Notes: generated from the sequence alone by a model not told the origin. A stretch of DNA of 64,000 bases from an uncultured Shimia sp. (GCA_937897325.1 CALCOY010000096.1:31755-95754), one strand, 5' to 3'; positions 9,056-18,340 are shown, numbered from the stretch's first letter. Numbers and translations: made by a program.

Positions 9056-9943
9056 TCAAGCCGGCCTTGCTTTGCGCTGTGCCTCTCCGCCCGCGGTGGC
9101 CTGACCTTTGGTCAGTCGCAGCATGATGCGGTTGAGTATTTTTTCCGAACCCCAGGTCATCAGGAGGTAGAAAAGCAGGAGCGCCAGAAAATACCACATC
9201 CTCCAGTCGCCATGGGGATAATCGCTGAACCGCGCAGTCTTCGTGCCGCCCAATTCGCGCGCCCAGTATACGACATCTTCAATGCCCAGTAGAAACAGAA
9301 GTGGCGTCGCCTTGATAAGCACCTGCCAAAGATTTGAGAGGCCAGGCAAAGCGTAAACCCACATCTGCGGCACCAGCACACGCCGGAAGGTCTGGCGTTG
9401 CGACATTCCATAGGCTTCTGCCGTTTCAAGTTGCGCGCGCGGTACGGCCCGCATTGCGCCAAAAAGCACGTTGGCTGCGAAGGCGCCGAAAACCAGAGAA
9501 AAGGTAATGACAGCCAGCCCGAATGCATATGCTTCATGGACGACCTCGGGTGCGGAGCCCAGTGGCAGTTTCGCGGCCGGGCATACAATGAAATCCGTGC
9601 CTTGACGGATGGGTTCTTCCCAGTCAGGGCATAGATACGAATGCCGAAGCCATTCGAAGGCTTGATCCAGTGCGATGACGAAAAAAAGAAAAAAGGCAAT
9701 GTCGGGCACGCCGCGCACGATCGCAATGTAAGATTTACCGATTGCAGAGAAGGGTATGAAACGCGAGCGCGCGGCCATGGCCCCCAAGAACCCGAAGGCA
9801 AGGGCCACGGGGGCGGTGACGGCAAGGATGCCAAGCACTTTGATAAAGCTGAAGTAGAACGAAAAATGCACGCCGGTCGTCAGGTAGCACGCCAGCCAAC
9901 GAAGCGTTTCAAGTTCTGAGGGGTCCTGACAGAAGGCAAACAT
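9056..9943 (-). CDS. ABC transporter permease, polar amino acid/opine (HisQ/OccQ-like) family
   Basis: I moved the start to the internal ATG (MFAFCQDPSE) at 9943, which overlaps the stop of the upstream gene by 1 nt (TAATG). An EAA loop (ETAEAYGMSQRQTFRRVLVP) is present. Confidence 0.85.
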   Translation of the reverse strand: MFAFCQDPSELETLRWLACYLTTGVHFSFYFSFIKVLGILAVTAPVALAFGFLGAMAARSRFIPFSAIGKSYIAIVRGVPDIAFFLFFVIALDQAFEWLRHSYLCPDWEEPIRQGTDFIVCPAAKLPLGSAPEVVHEAYAFGLAVITFSLVFGAFAANVLFGAMRAVPRAQLETAEAYGMSQRQTFRRVLVPQMWVYALPGLSNLWQVLIKATPLLFLLGIEDVVYWARELGGTKTARFSDYPHGDWRMWYFLALLLFYLLMTWGSEKILNRIMLRLTKGQATAGGEAQRKARPA

Positions 9944-10788
9944 TAGTGACCCGCCTTTGCGGTTTTGATCGCTTCGACCACTCTGCTGGGCGCTTCCAAC
10001 TGGGGCAGATGGCCCACGTTTGGCAGGGGAACCAGAACTGTGCCGATGGCTTGTGCCAAAGCTTGCCCACGGGCAATGGGAATCCACGGATCGTCTTCGC
10101 CCCACAGGACGGTAACCGGGCACCGCATATCGGCGAGCTTGTCTTCGAACGCGCTGGTAAGCGCTTCGTCGGCAAGGGCGAATTGCGCATAAAACGCCAC
10201 TTGACCCTCTTCCGAGATCCAGGGTGTGATCGTTGCTTTCAGATCTGCCTTATCGAGGTCAGTCACCAAGGCACCCTTGATGTAGGCCTCCACAACAGCG
10301 GCGTGTATATGTTGAGGCAAGCCAAGAAACGCTTCGGTATGTTGGCCCACATGGTTGAAGAAGTCAGACCCCCAAGGCCGCATGGCGACAACGTTCATCA
10401 AAGTCAAATGACCATAATCGCGACCTGCGAGAAGATGCGCCCGCAACGTGACGGCCCCGCCAAAATCATGGGCCAGGACCAAAGGCTTTGCCAGTTGCCA
10501 ATGGTTCAGCATCTCGGCAAAGACATCGCCTTGTGTATCAAGCGCAGGTGCCCGTGGCCCACCCATCTGCGAGCGCCCAAACCCCGGCATGTCGTACCAG
10601 TGAAGGTGATAGCTATCCTCCAGGGCCGGGATAATCCGGTGCCAACTGAACGAGGACCAGGGCCAGCCATGCGCCAGAACAAGCGGTGGGCCTTGTCCAC
10701 AACGCCCCGCGCGGACCAGTCCGGCGGAGCATTCATATGTTTCGTCAAGATGCCACATCCGGGATCGGGACGGGCCGATCTGGCCCAT
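9943..10788 (-). CDS. Alpha/beta-fold hydrolase embedded in the ABC transporter operon
   Basis: The translation (PPLVLAHGWPWSSFSWHRIIPAL...YDMPGFGRS...AHDFGG) is a typical alpha/beta hydrolase core. The start is uncertain: ATG at 10788 or 10758, while the track GTG at 10830 would overlap the SBP gene. Confidence 0.72.
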   Translation of the reverse strand: MGQIGPSRSRMWHLDETYECSAGLVRAGRCGQGPPLVLAHGWPWSSFSWHRIIPALEDSYHLHWYDMPGFGRSQMGGPRAPALDTQGDVFAEMLNHWQLAKPLVLAHDFGGAVTLRAHLLAGRDYGHLTLMNVVAMRPWGSDFFNHVGQHTEAFLGLPQHIHAAVVEAYIKGALVTDLDKADLKATITPWISEEGQVAFYAQFALADEALTSAFEDKLADMRCPVTVLWGEDDPWIPIARGQALAQAIGTVLVPLPNVGHLPQLEAPSRVVEAIKTAKAGH

Positions 10789-10799
10789 CCCGTGTCGGG

Positions 10800-11522
10800 T
10801 CAGTAGGTCTGAGTGTCCTCGCCGAACCACTTTTTCAGCAATTCGTTGAGCGAGCCGTCTTCTTTCATGCTGGTGATCGCTGCGTCGAACTTCTCTCTCA
10901 GTTCCGCGTCGCTTTCGCGCAGGCCCATGCCGACGCCGCCGCCCAGCGGCACGTCGGGGCCGACGAACATCAGCTCTCCGCCGGAGGCCTCGACCAGCGG
11001 CACGAGATAATCACGGTCTGCGAAAACGGCATCTGCCTCGCCGTTGCGCACGGCGGCGACGGTTTCCTCGGGTGTGGCGAATTCAACGAGTGTCGCCCCG
11101 CTTTCGGCGATGTAGCCCGCCTGAATGGTTGCCGTCTGCGCCGCGACAATGCCACCTTCCAGATCGACGCCTTCAGCCGCAGCGACATAGGCCGAAGCCG
11201 TGGGTGGGTAGTAGTCTTGCGTGAAATCGATGACTTCGTCGCGTTCATCGGTGATCGACATGCCGGCCATGATCGTGTCGTAGTTCGAACTCACGAGGTT
11301 CGGGATAATGCTGTCCCAATCGTTCTTGACCCATTCGCAGGTCAATTCGGCGCGGGTGCAAAGCTCATCCCCCAATTCGCGTTCGAACCCGTCGATTTCG
11401 CCCGAGTCGTTGATAAAGTTGTAGGGTGCGTAGGCACCTTCGGTGCCCATGCGCACTGTCTGGGCGAACACCGTGGATGCGGAAACGGCCAGACCGACCG
11501 CCATCAGCAAGATGTTTTTCAT
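10800..11522 (-). CDS. Periplasmic substrate-binding protein, family 3 (His/Lys/Arg/opine-binding type)
   Basis: The start is at MKNILLMAVGLAVSASTVFAQ, a signal peptide. This is followed by VRMGTEGAYAPYNF and DGFERELGDELC, which are SBP_bac_3-type motifs. Confidence 0.85.
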   Translation of the reverse strand: MKNILLMAVGLAVSASTVFAQTVRMGTEGAYAPYNFINDSGEIDGFERELGDELCTRAELTCEWVKNDWDSIIPNLVSSNYDTIMAGMSITDERDEVIDFTQDYYPPTASAYVAAAEGVDLEGGIVAAQTATIQAGYIAESGATLVEFATPEETVAAVRNGEADAVFADRDYLVPLVEASGGELMFVGPDVPLGGGVGMGLRESDAELREKFDAAITSMKEDGSLNELLKKWFGEDTQTY

Positions 11523-11547
11523 GTGGAAACTCCCTTTTGGTTTTGTG

Positions 11548-12321
11548 TTACGCAGCGTGGGTCGCAGAGAGGAATCCACGCAGACGTTCGGAATTCGGTG
11601 CGCCAAAGACATCGCTGGGCGCCCCTTGTTCTTCGATGAGACCCTGATGCAGGAACACGACCGTGTCCGAGACATCGGCTGCAAGTCTCATGTCATGGGT
11701 GACGATCAGCATCGTGCGTCCTTCTGCGGCCAGATCCTTTATGACGCGGACGACTTCCTGTTCGAGTTCGGGGTCGAGCGCGCTGGTCGGTTCGTCAAAA
11801 AGCAGCGCTTCGGGTTCCATGCACAAGGCGCGCGCGATGGCAGCGCGCTGTTGCTGACCGCCTGATAATTGTGCCGGATAGACATCGCACTTGTCGCCGA
11901 TACCGACCTTGTCGAGATATTTGCGAGCGGATGCTTCGACCTCTTCCGGATCGCGCCGCAGGACAGTAACGGGGGCCTCCATCACATTTTGTAGGATCGT
12001 CATATGAGCCCAGAGATTGAACTGCTGAAAGACCATCGACAGGTTGGTTCGAATGCGCAGAACCTGTTTTGGATCGGCGGGATGTCTATGATGCGCGTTG
12101 CCTTTCCAGGTAACGGGTTCGCCCTTGAACAAAATCTCGCCCTCCTGACTGTCTTCCAGAAGATTGCAGCAGCGCAGAAGGGTAGACTTCCCCGAACCCG
12201 ACGAGCCGATCAGCGAAACCACATCGCCGCGACGCGCTTTGATATCGACACCCTTCAGCACTTTGAGCGCGCCATACGCCTTATGTAGGTTGCGGATTTC
12301 GATAACAGGCGTGTCTGTCAC
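11548..12321 (-). CDS. ABC transporter ATP-binding protein (HisP/OccP-like)
   Basis: Walker A (GSSGSGKST), signature (LSGGQQQR) and Walker B (LLFDEPTSALD) are all present. A GTG start at 12321 gives the usual 257 aa. Confidence 0.9.
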   Translation of the reverse strand: MTDTPVIEIRNLHKAYGALKVLKGVDIKARRGDVVSLIGSSGSGKSTLLRCCNLLEDSQEGEILFKGEPVTWKGNAHHRHPADPKQVLRIRTNLSMVFQQFNLWAHMTILQNVMEAPVTVLRRDPEEVEASARKYLDKVGIGDKCDVYPAQLSGGQQQRAAIARALCMEPEALLFDEPTSALDPELEQEVVRVIKDLAAEGRTMLIVTHDMRLAADVSDTVVFLHQGLIEEQGAPSDVFGAPNSERLRGFLSATHAA

Positions 12322-12433
12322 GTGGGACCCATCGTAATTGCGGAACAGAGGGCATATGGGCCGACTTTTGAACCTTTGTCTACGTTCAAAACGCGCGTTT
12401 TGCCCAATTATTGGCAAGTTGCCCTTTGGTTCA

Positions 12434-13180
12434 TCACCCTTCGCCTGGTGCTGGGGGGATGGGCTGGTCGAGATAGGCCTCGATCGGGATCTGGACGAGG
12501 CCATTCAGGCGCAGCGTCAGGCGATCCGAACGGGCAAGCGCATCAATGGCCTTTTCGATCGCCGTCGCTATGGGGCCAGGGTCGCGCCCCTTTTTTGTGA
12601 TGAAGGGCAGGCCGGGCGTGGGGTCGGTTTTATTGAAAACCTTCAGGAAGGCCATCGCATCAGGGTCTTTATCGCCAATCATCAAAAGTGTCACGGCGTC
12701 GATTGCTGCGAAATCCGCCTTGCCCCTCAGGACCGCCAGAACGGAGTTCTGATGCCCGCCGGTTTCAAGAAGGCGGTCGGGCGCGAGGCCGTGTTGCGCC
12801 ATGTGGGCGAGGGGGGCAGCCCAGCCGGACTGGGACAGCGGATCATTGAAGGCAAAGCGCCCATTCCGTGCGAGTGCGGCAAGGTCGCGCGGATCGTCCC
12901 GGCGTTTGATCAGATAGCTGAGGTATTGGCCGGGCGGGCAGTCGGGCAGGTCATAGCTGGGTGTGCCGACCAGCGTGACCCGATCATGCAGTTTTGCGCG
13001 ATAGGGCAGACCGCATGTTTGGGCCAGCAGCAAATCGGGCGATGTCCAGATGGTCCATGGATCTGTGCTACGGGTCAGGTCTTCTGGGCCATGCCCCAGA
13101 TGCTGCCTAATCGCGGCCCATAATCTGTCATTGGCGGTGCGGGCATGGGGCAGGTCATACATGCCTAGAAAGGCAATCAT
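12434..13180 (-). CDS. PhnD/SsuA-like substrate-binding-fold protein without a signal peptide
   Basis: FAFNDPLSQSGW and GGHQNSVLAVLRGKADFAAID resemble the phosphonate-binding (PhnD) fold. The N-terminus (MIAFLGMYDLP) has no signal sequence. The ATG overlaps the terB stop (ATGA at 13177-13180). Confidence 0.6.
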   Translation of the reverse strand: MIAFLGMYDLPHARTANDRLWAAIRQHLGHGPEDLTRSTDPWTIWTSPDLLLAQTCGLPYRAKLHDRVTLVGTPSYDLPDCPPGQYLSYLIKRRDDPRDLAALARNGRFAFNDPLSQSGWAAPLAHMAQHGLAPDRLLETGGHQNSVLAVLRGKADFAAIDAVTLLMIGDKDPDAMAFLKVFNKTDPTPGLPFITKKGRDPGPIATAIEKAIDALARSDRLTLRLNGLVQIPIEAYLDQPIPPAPGEG

Positions 13181-13626
13181 CCCTGACCGGCGACCCGCTG
13201 CCGCGCCCGCGCGCTTTCCTGATCGGTGACCCCAAGCAGGTTCGAGACGAGGCGCAGCAATGCGTCTTCTTCCTTGGCGCGTTCACCGTCGGCCAGAACA
13301 ACTTCCCAAAGTGCCTCAATTACGGCGAGCCGTTTCTCATAGGGCACCGCATCCTTGATCGCGCGGGTGAAACGTACTGTGTCGGGGGCCTCGGCCTCAA
13401 GATGTTCCGCATTTGCCAGCAGGGTTTGGGCATCGCTTTCTGACAGAGCATAGCGGGTCACGGCGATCTGTTGGATACGGGCCTTTTCATCCGCATCATA
13501 GACGCCATCGGATCGCGCGACGCGCACCAGCAAAGCTGTCAATGCCAAGCGGGCATCCGTGTCGGGAAGTGGGGCGGGCTCGGGCTCGGTGAGCCGCTTG
13601 AGAAAGTCTGCAAACATCCGCAACAT
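13177..13626 (-). CDS. TerB-family (tellurite resistance-like) protein, copy 2
   Basis: The start is at MLRMFADFLKRL. ALTALLVRVARSDGVYDADEKARI and EALWEVVLADGERAKEED are typical TerB helices. Confidence 0.7.
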   Translation of the reverse strand: MLRMFADFLKRLTEPEPAPLPDTDARLALTALLVRVARSDGVYDADEKARIQQIAVTRYALSESDAQTLLANAEHLEAEAPDTVRFTRAIKDAVPYEKRLAVIEALWEVVLADGERAKEEDALLRLVSNLLGVTDQESARARQRVAGQG

Positions 13627-13655
13627 ATACGCCGGGGTTTGCCGACGTCCAAGGG

Positions 13656-14087
13656 CTAGCAGTCCCAGCGGGCCTGCAATGCTGCGCTGTCTCCTGGCGT
13701 GATGCCAAGGGCTGCCTCGATCTGATGCAGGACGGCTTCTTCGATCTGCTTCTTGCGCCCATCCGCATAGACGACCTGCCACATCGCGTTAGCGACATCT
13801 TTTCGGTGCTCATAGTCGATCTCGTCCCGCAGGATCTCAGCAAAGTCGGGCGTGCCGGGGGCGTCCCGCTCCAATGCTTCGCAGGTCGCGCGCAACTTGG
13901 CCGCGTCTATGGGACCAAGATCATAGATTTGCGACAGGATGTCGTCGATCACGCCCACTTCGCTGGCCGAATAGGAGCGATCGGCAAACGCGACCCTGAC
14001 CAGAAGTGCGCCCAAAGCAAGTTGTGCATCTGGCTCAGGCAATTCGGGTTTCTTTGGGGCGTGGCGGGGAAACAGGCGTTCAAACAT
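13656..14087 (-). CDS. TerB-family protein, copy 1 (tandem paralog)
   Basis: The start is at MFERLFPRH. ALGALLVRVAFADRSYSASE and MWQVVYADGRKKQIEE are clearly paralogous to the adjacent copy. Confidence 0.7.
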   Translation of the reverse strand: MFERLFPRHAPKKPELPEPDAQLALGALLVRVAFADRSYSASEVGVIDDILSQIYDLGPIDAAKLRATCEALERDAPGTPDFAEILRDEIDYEHRKDVANAMWQVVYADGRKKQIEEAVLHQIEAALGITPGDSAALQARWDC

Positions 14088-14880
14088 GGTCTTTGTCGCA
14101 ATCTCGTCTGCTTGCGCGTTCAATGCGGTTGTGGATCTTTTCGGCCTCTGCCTTGAGGCCATATGGAGCGTTGAGGACGAATAAGCCAGACCCGATCATG
14201 CCATGTCCTGGTTTCACAGGCGGGAAATGGACCTCCAGTCGAAGCGCATTGACGTGATCCGCGCAGAGCTTTCTGAGCATGGGCTTCTGGGCTCCATTGG
14301 TCAGAAGCGGATACCAGAGCACGATGATGCCCACATTCCAGGCCTTGTGCCACTTGCGGATATGGGCGGGAATGGTTTGGTAGTCCTCTTTAATCTCATA
14401 GCTGGGATCGATCAGCATCAGACCGCGACGTGGCGTTGGCGGGATCAGGGCATGCGCCTGGGCAAAGCCGTCTTCCCGGTAGATCCTCGTGTCAGGCAAG
14501 GCGTCTTGCAGCATCTGGTTTTCGGTCGGATGCAACTCTGAAAGATGCAGTGCATCGGTGTCCCTTAGAAGGGTGCGCGCCAGAAGGGGAGAGCCGGGAT
14601 AGGCTTCGGCACCATGCGCTTGGCAGGCGCGATCCAGCCCGACGCGGTAGGGGTGATCTTCCTCAAAAAGGGCCTCTGCGCGTTTGACGCCCTGCTGGGC
14701 TTCTGTGGTTTTCAACGCTTCGACGCTATCAAGCCGATAAAGTCCTCGGCCTGCATGGGTCTCGATGTAAGTCAGCGGTTTGGGTTTCTGCACCAGATAG
14801 GTCAGCATCCAGGCCAGCAGGCTGTGCTTTTGAACATCTGCCATATTTCCGGCGTGATAGCTGTGTTGATAGCTTAGCAT
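14080..14880 (-). CDS. rlmJ: 23S rRNA (adenine2030-N6)-methyltransferase
   Basis: From the internal ATG the N-terminus reads MLSYQHSYHAGNMADVQKH, almost identical in pattern to E. coli RlmJ (MLSYRHSFHAGNHADVLKH). The IDPSYE motif is present. Confidence 0.85.
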   Translation of the reverse strand: MLSYQHSYHAGNMADVQKHSLLAWMLTYLVQKPKPLTYIETHAGRGLYRLDSVEALKTTEAQQGVKRAEALFEEDHPYRVGLDRACQAHGAEAYPGSPLLARTLLRDTDALHLSELHPTENQMLQDALPDTRIYREDGFAQAHALIPPTPRRGLMLIDPSYEIKEDYQTIPAHIRKWHKAWNVGIIVLWYPLLTNGAQKPMLRKLCADHVNALRLEVHFPPVKPGHGMIGSGLFVLNAPYGLKAEAEKIHNRIERASRRDCDKDHV

Positions 14881-15168
14881 GATCGCCCGTTGCAAATCTG
14901 CGACGCGACGTTTCATAACGCCACAAAGCTCAGATACTTTCAAAATACCCAACAGTACTGAGCGTCAAATTGCCGAATTATCGGGCATTGGCAATCATTT
15001 GCTGCCAATTCTCGTTTTGCGTGTGTCGCGCAGAAAAATCGGTCTTCATTTTGCCACACTTTTCCAACTACTCAGACGCAAGTGCATTGGAAAGGCTCCG
15101 CATATTGAGTGATCCGTTGGCCGGGGGTTGGCCGCTTTGAATTGGATGATTTAGACAGGACATCTCCC

Positions 15169-15801
15169 ATGGTTCATTTCTTCGCCTCGAAATCTGCCCT
15201 CGCCGTTTCGGTCGCTCTTTTTTCACTTGCAGCGCCCGTTGCAGCGGCGCCGATTGTTCTCAGCCTTGATGTTTCCTTGCAGTATCAAGGGGATGTTTAC
15301 AGCGAAGTTGAGGCGTTCGACGACATTGAGACAATCTTCACAGCGAACGTGCTGGCGTCGGAAGATGATCCATTTGGGCTGCCGACGTTGTTTCCCGGTC
15401 TTGCGACCGGAGACAGGGCAACATTCTCGGCCAGCTATTCCGAGAATAACGAAACCTTCCCAGGATCCCTCGCAGTAGAAAGCTGCACGTTTGCCGGGGT
15501 GGATTGTAGCGGTTTGGCGTCTGCCTCATTTGAAGGACATGTGCTTGAACAGGATTTCTTCTTTTTTGAAGTTCTGATCGATGGAGGAACCAAACGGGGA
15601 GACACTCTGCAGTTTCTGGACATTTTCGCCAACGACTTTTCGTTTGGTGAGGCCATGCAAGATGACGTGACCATAACATGGCGTGATCAGGCCGCACTTT
15701 TTACTGTCGAAAGCGCAACCGTCGCCGAGATCCCGCTGCCCGCCTCCGTGTTTCTACTTGCACTTGGCCTTTTTGGACTGCGTGCTTTGCGTCGGAAATG
15801 A
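15169..15801 (+). CDS. Secreted protein with VPLPA-CTERM sorting domain
   Basis: A signal peptide (MVHFFASKSALAVSVALFSLAAPVAAA) is present. The C-terminus reads IPLPASVFLLALGLFGLRALRRK, that is a VPLPA-like motif, a TM helix and a basic tail. Confidence 0.7.
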   Translation: MVHFFASKSALAVSVALFSLAAPVAAAPIVLSLDVSLQYQGDVYSEVEAFDDIETIFTANVLASEDDPFGLPTLFPGLATGDRATFSASYSENNETFPGSLAVESCTFAGVDCSGLASASFEGHVLEQDFFFFEVLIDGGTKRGDTLQFLDIFANDFSFGEAMQDDVTITWRDQAALFTVESATVAEIPLPASVFLLALGLFGLRALRRK

Positions 15802-15818
15802 TGCCGCGCTGCAAGAGC

Positions 15819-17462
15819 TCAGACCAGGCGGCTGACCTCTTTCGCGGCGCGCACGAAATCCTTAAAGAGTGGATGTGGATCGAAGGGCTTTGACTTGAGC
15901 TCGGGATGGAATTGGACACCTATGAACCAGGGGTGGTCCGTCCATTCCACAATCTCAGGCAACCGGCCATCCGGCGACATGCCTGAAAAACACATTCCGA
16001 CTTCTTCAAGCTTTTCGCGGTACTTGATGTCGACTTCATAGCGGTGACGGTGGCGTTCATCGATCAGCGTGTTGCCATAGACCTCGGCCACCTTTGATCC
16101 TTGGGTCAGAACGGCATCATAGGCGCCGAGGCGCATGGTCCCGCCCTTGTCGTCTTCGACCTTGCGTTCGACCTTATGGTTGCCCTGCACCCATTCCTTG
16201 AGGTGATAGACCACGGGCGTAAAGCGCTTTTTGCCCGCTTCATGGTCAAATTCCTCTGACCCGGCATCGGTCAGATTGGCTGTGTGGCGGGCCGCCTCGA
16301 TGACGGCCATCTGCATGCCCAGACAAATGCCCAGATAGGGAACCTTGCGGGTGCGTGCGAATTCGGCGGCCTTAATCTTACCCTCGGTGCCGCGTTCGCC
16401 GAAACCGCCCGGAACCAAGATGGCGTTAAAGCCAGAGAGATGCGGGGCGGGGTCTTCGCGGTCGAAGAGTTCCGCATCGACCCATTCGACACGAACCTTT
16501 ACGCGGTTTGCCATGCCGCCATGGGTGAGCGCTTCGGCAATGGATTTGTAAGCGTCTTCGAGCTGGGTATACTTACCGACAATGGCGACATTGACCTCAC
16601 CTTCCGCGTTGTGAATCCTGTCACTCACATCTTCCCACTTGCGCAGATCGGGTTTGGGTGCCGGGCTGATCTGAAAGGCGTCGAGAACGGCCTGATCCAG
16701 GCCTTCGCGGTGATAGGCGAGAGGGGCGTCATAGATTGTGCCCAGATCCTGTGCTGCAATGACGCTGTCAGGGCGGACGTTGCAGAAAAGCGCAAGCTTT
16801 TCGCGTTCCTTGACAGGAATGGGGCCTTCGGACCGACAGACCAGAATGTCGGGGGCGATCCCGATCGAGCGCAGCTCTTTCACGCTGTGCTGGGTGGGCT
16901 TTGTCTTTAGCTCACCGCTGGCCTTGATGTACGGCAGCAGCGTCAGATGCATGAAGATGCATTGACCGCGCGGTTTGTCCTGGCTGAACTGGCGAATTGC
17001 CTCGAAGAACGGCAGGCCTTCAATGTCGCCCACTGTTCCGCCGATTTCGCACAGCATGAAATCGACCTCATCACTACCGATCTCAATGAAATCCTTGATT
17101 TCGTTCGTAACGTGAGGGATCACCTGAATGGTTTTACCCAAGTAGTCGCCGCGCCGCTCCTTTTCGAGAACGTTGGAATAGATCCGCCCCGAGCTGACAG
17201 AATCGGTTTTACGTGCCGCGACGCCGGTGAAGCGCTCGTAATGTCCCAGATCCAGATCTGTTTCCGCGCCATCATCCGTGACGAACACCTCGCCGTGCTC
17301 AAAAGGTGACATCGTGCCAGGATCGACGTTCAGATACGGGTCAAGCTTGCGCAGACGAACGGAAAAACCGCGGGCCTGAAGCAGTGCACCAAGTGCTGCT
17401 GAGGCCAGACCTTTGCCCAAAGAGGACACAACACCGCCTGTAATAAAGATGTAACGCGCCAT
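15819..17462 (-). CDS. pyrG: CTP synthase
   Basis: The start is at [18 protein letters not shown]. The GATase domain motifs GICLGMQ and HRHRYE are present. The product is 547 aa. Confidence 0.95.
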   Translation of the reverse strand: MARYIFITGGVVSSLGKGLASAALGALLQARGFSVRLRKLDPYLNVDPGTMSPFEHGEVFVTDDGAETDLDLGHYERFTGVAARKTDSVSSGRIYSNVLEKERRGDYLGKTIQVIPHVTNEIKDFIEIGSDEVDFMLCEIGGTVGDIEGLPFFEAIRQFSQDKPRGQCIFMHLTLLPYIKASGELKTKPTQHSVKELRSIGIAPDILVCRSEGPIPVKEREKLALFCNVRPDSVIAAQDLGTIYDAPLAYHREGLDQAVLDAFQISPAPKPDLRKWEDVSDRIHNAEGEVNVAIVGKYTQLEDAYKSIAEALTHGGMANRVKVRVEWVDAELFDREDPAPHLSGFNAILVPGGFGERGTEGKIKAAEFARTRKVPYLGICLGMQMAVIEAARHTANLTDAGSEEFDHEAGKKRFTPVVYHLKEWVQGNHKVERKVEDDKGGTMRLGAYDAVLTQGSKVAEVYGNTLIDERHRHRYEVDIKYREKLEEVGMCFSGMSPDGRLPEIVEWTDHPWFIGVQFHPELKSKPFDPHPLFKDFVRAAKEVSRLV

Positions 17463-17624
17463 TTGGATGGCTTCTCCCGTGTTCAATTGCGGTGATGTCG
17501 TCCGCGTCTGCGGCAGAGGATTTCCCTGCACCACGGGATTTAAGTTTATCAGGATTCGGTGACCCGGGGCAAGCGGCACCCAACATGATGTTGCCCGATT
17601 TCATCGCCGCGCAAAGTGTTGAGG

Positions 17625-17993
17625 TCAGTCCGCAAGAGGGACCAAAGGTGCATTGTCACCCTGAGCCGGTGGCAGAAGGCTGTCTGCTGGAGGCACCAAC
17701 GGATCCGTGCCGCCATCCTCTGCCGGGGGCGGTGTAATGCCCAACTGATCAATGACCGACGTGCCTGCCGCGTTTTGTGCCGCGATAATGGTCAGCGTGA
17801 TCGATGTGATTATGAACGCGATTGCCAGAAGCCATGTCAGCTTGGACAAGGCAGTCGCCGCGGCCCGACCTGTCGTGGCTCCGCCGCCGCCGCCACCCAT
17901 ACCAAGACCACCGCCTTCGGAACGCTGCATCAGAACGATGGCGATCAATCCCAAAGCCAGGATCAGGTGGATGATTAAGACAACGTTTTCCAT
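17625..17993 (-). CDS. secG: Preprotein translocase subunit SecG (with Pro-rich C-terminal extension)
   Basis: MENVVLIIHLILALGLIAIVLMQRSEGGGLG is the typical SecG TM1 and Gly-rich loop, and a second TM follows. Confidence 0.85.
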   Translation of the reverse strand: MENVVLIIHLILALGLIAIVLMQRSEGGGLGMGGGGGGATTGRAAATALSKLTWLLAIAFIITSITLTIIAAQNAAGTSVIDQLGITPPPAEDGGTDPLVPPADSLLPPAQGDNAPLVPLAD

Positions 17994-18340
17994 AAACGAG
18001 AGCAGCCTCTAGGTGCACGATGGGCGGTATCTAGGCAAGTTTGAACACACCCGCAAGGGATGATTGGCCTTATCTTCGGTCAAAGCCCCCAATGCAAAAC
18101 CGCCACCTTGGGGTGACGGTTTGCTGAAGCATTCTTGTCTCGCACGCGCTCTAAGAGGGCTATCCTGGAAATGAGGTGCAGCAGATCTGCTTCTAGTTAT
18201 AATTGTATCACAATTTTGGATCTTTTGCGCGCCTGTTTTTTCATGGTGCGAGAAGGCTTTAAGGCGTGCAGTGATTCGCCGCGACATATCTCGGACGTGT
18301 ACCACTGGACAGTTCCGCGCCCAGACGGCACGGTAAGATC

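Noticed and set aside
9946-11639. Two long plus-strand ORFs (9946-10806 and 10686-11639) opposite the hydrolase and SBP genes.
   Set aside because: The minus-strand genes have clear family motifs and a signal peptide. The plus-strand translations have none.
18097-18122. Hairpin AAACCGCCACC-ttgg-GGTGACGGTTT in the secG-nthA intergenic region, considered as a terminator or small RNA.
   Set aside because: It has one mismatch and no U-run on either strand. It lies upstream of secG rather than downstream of a gene. The evidence is insufficient.
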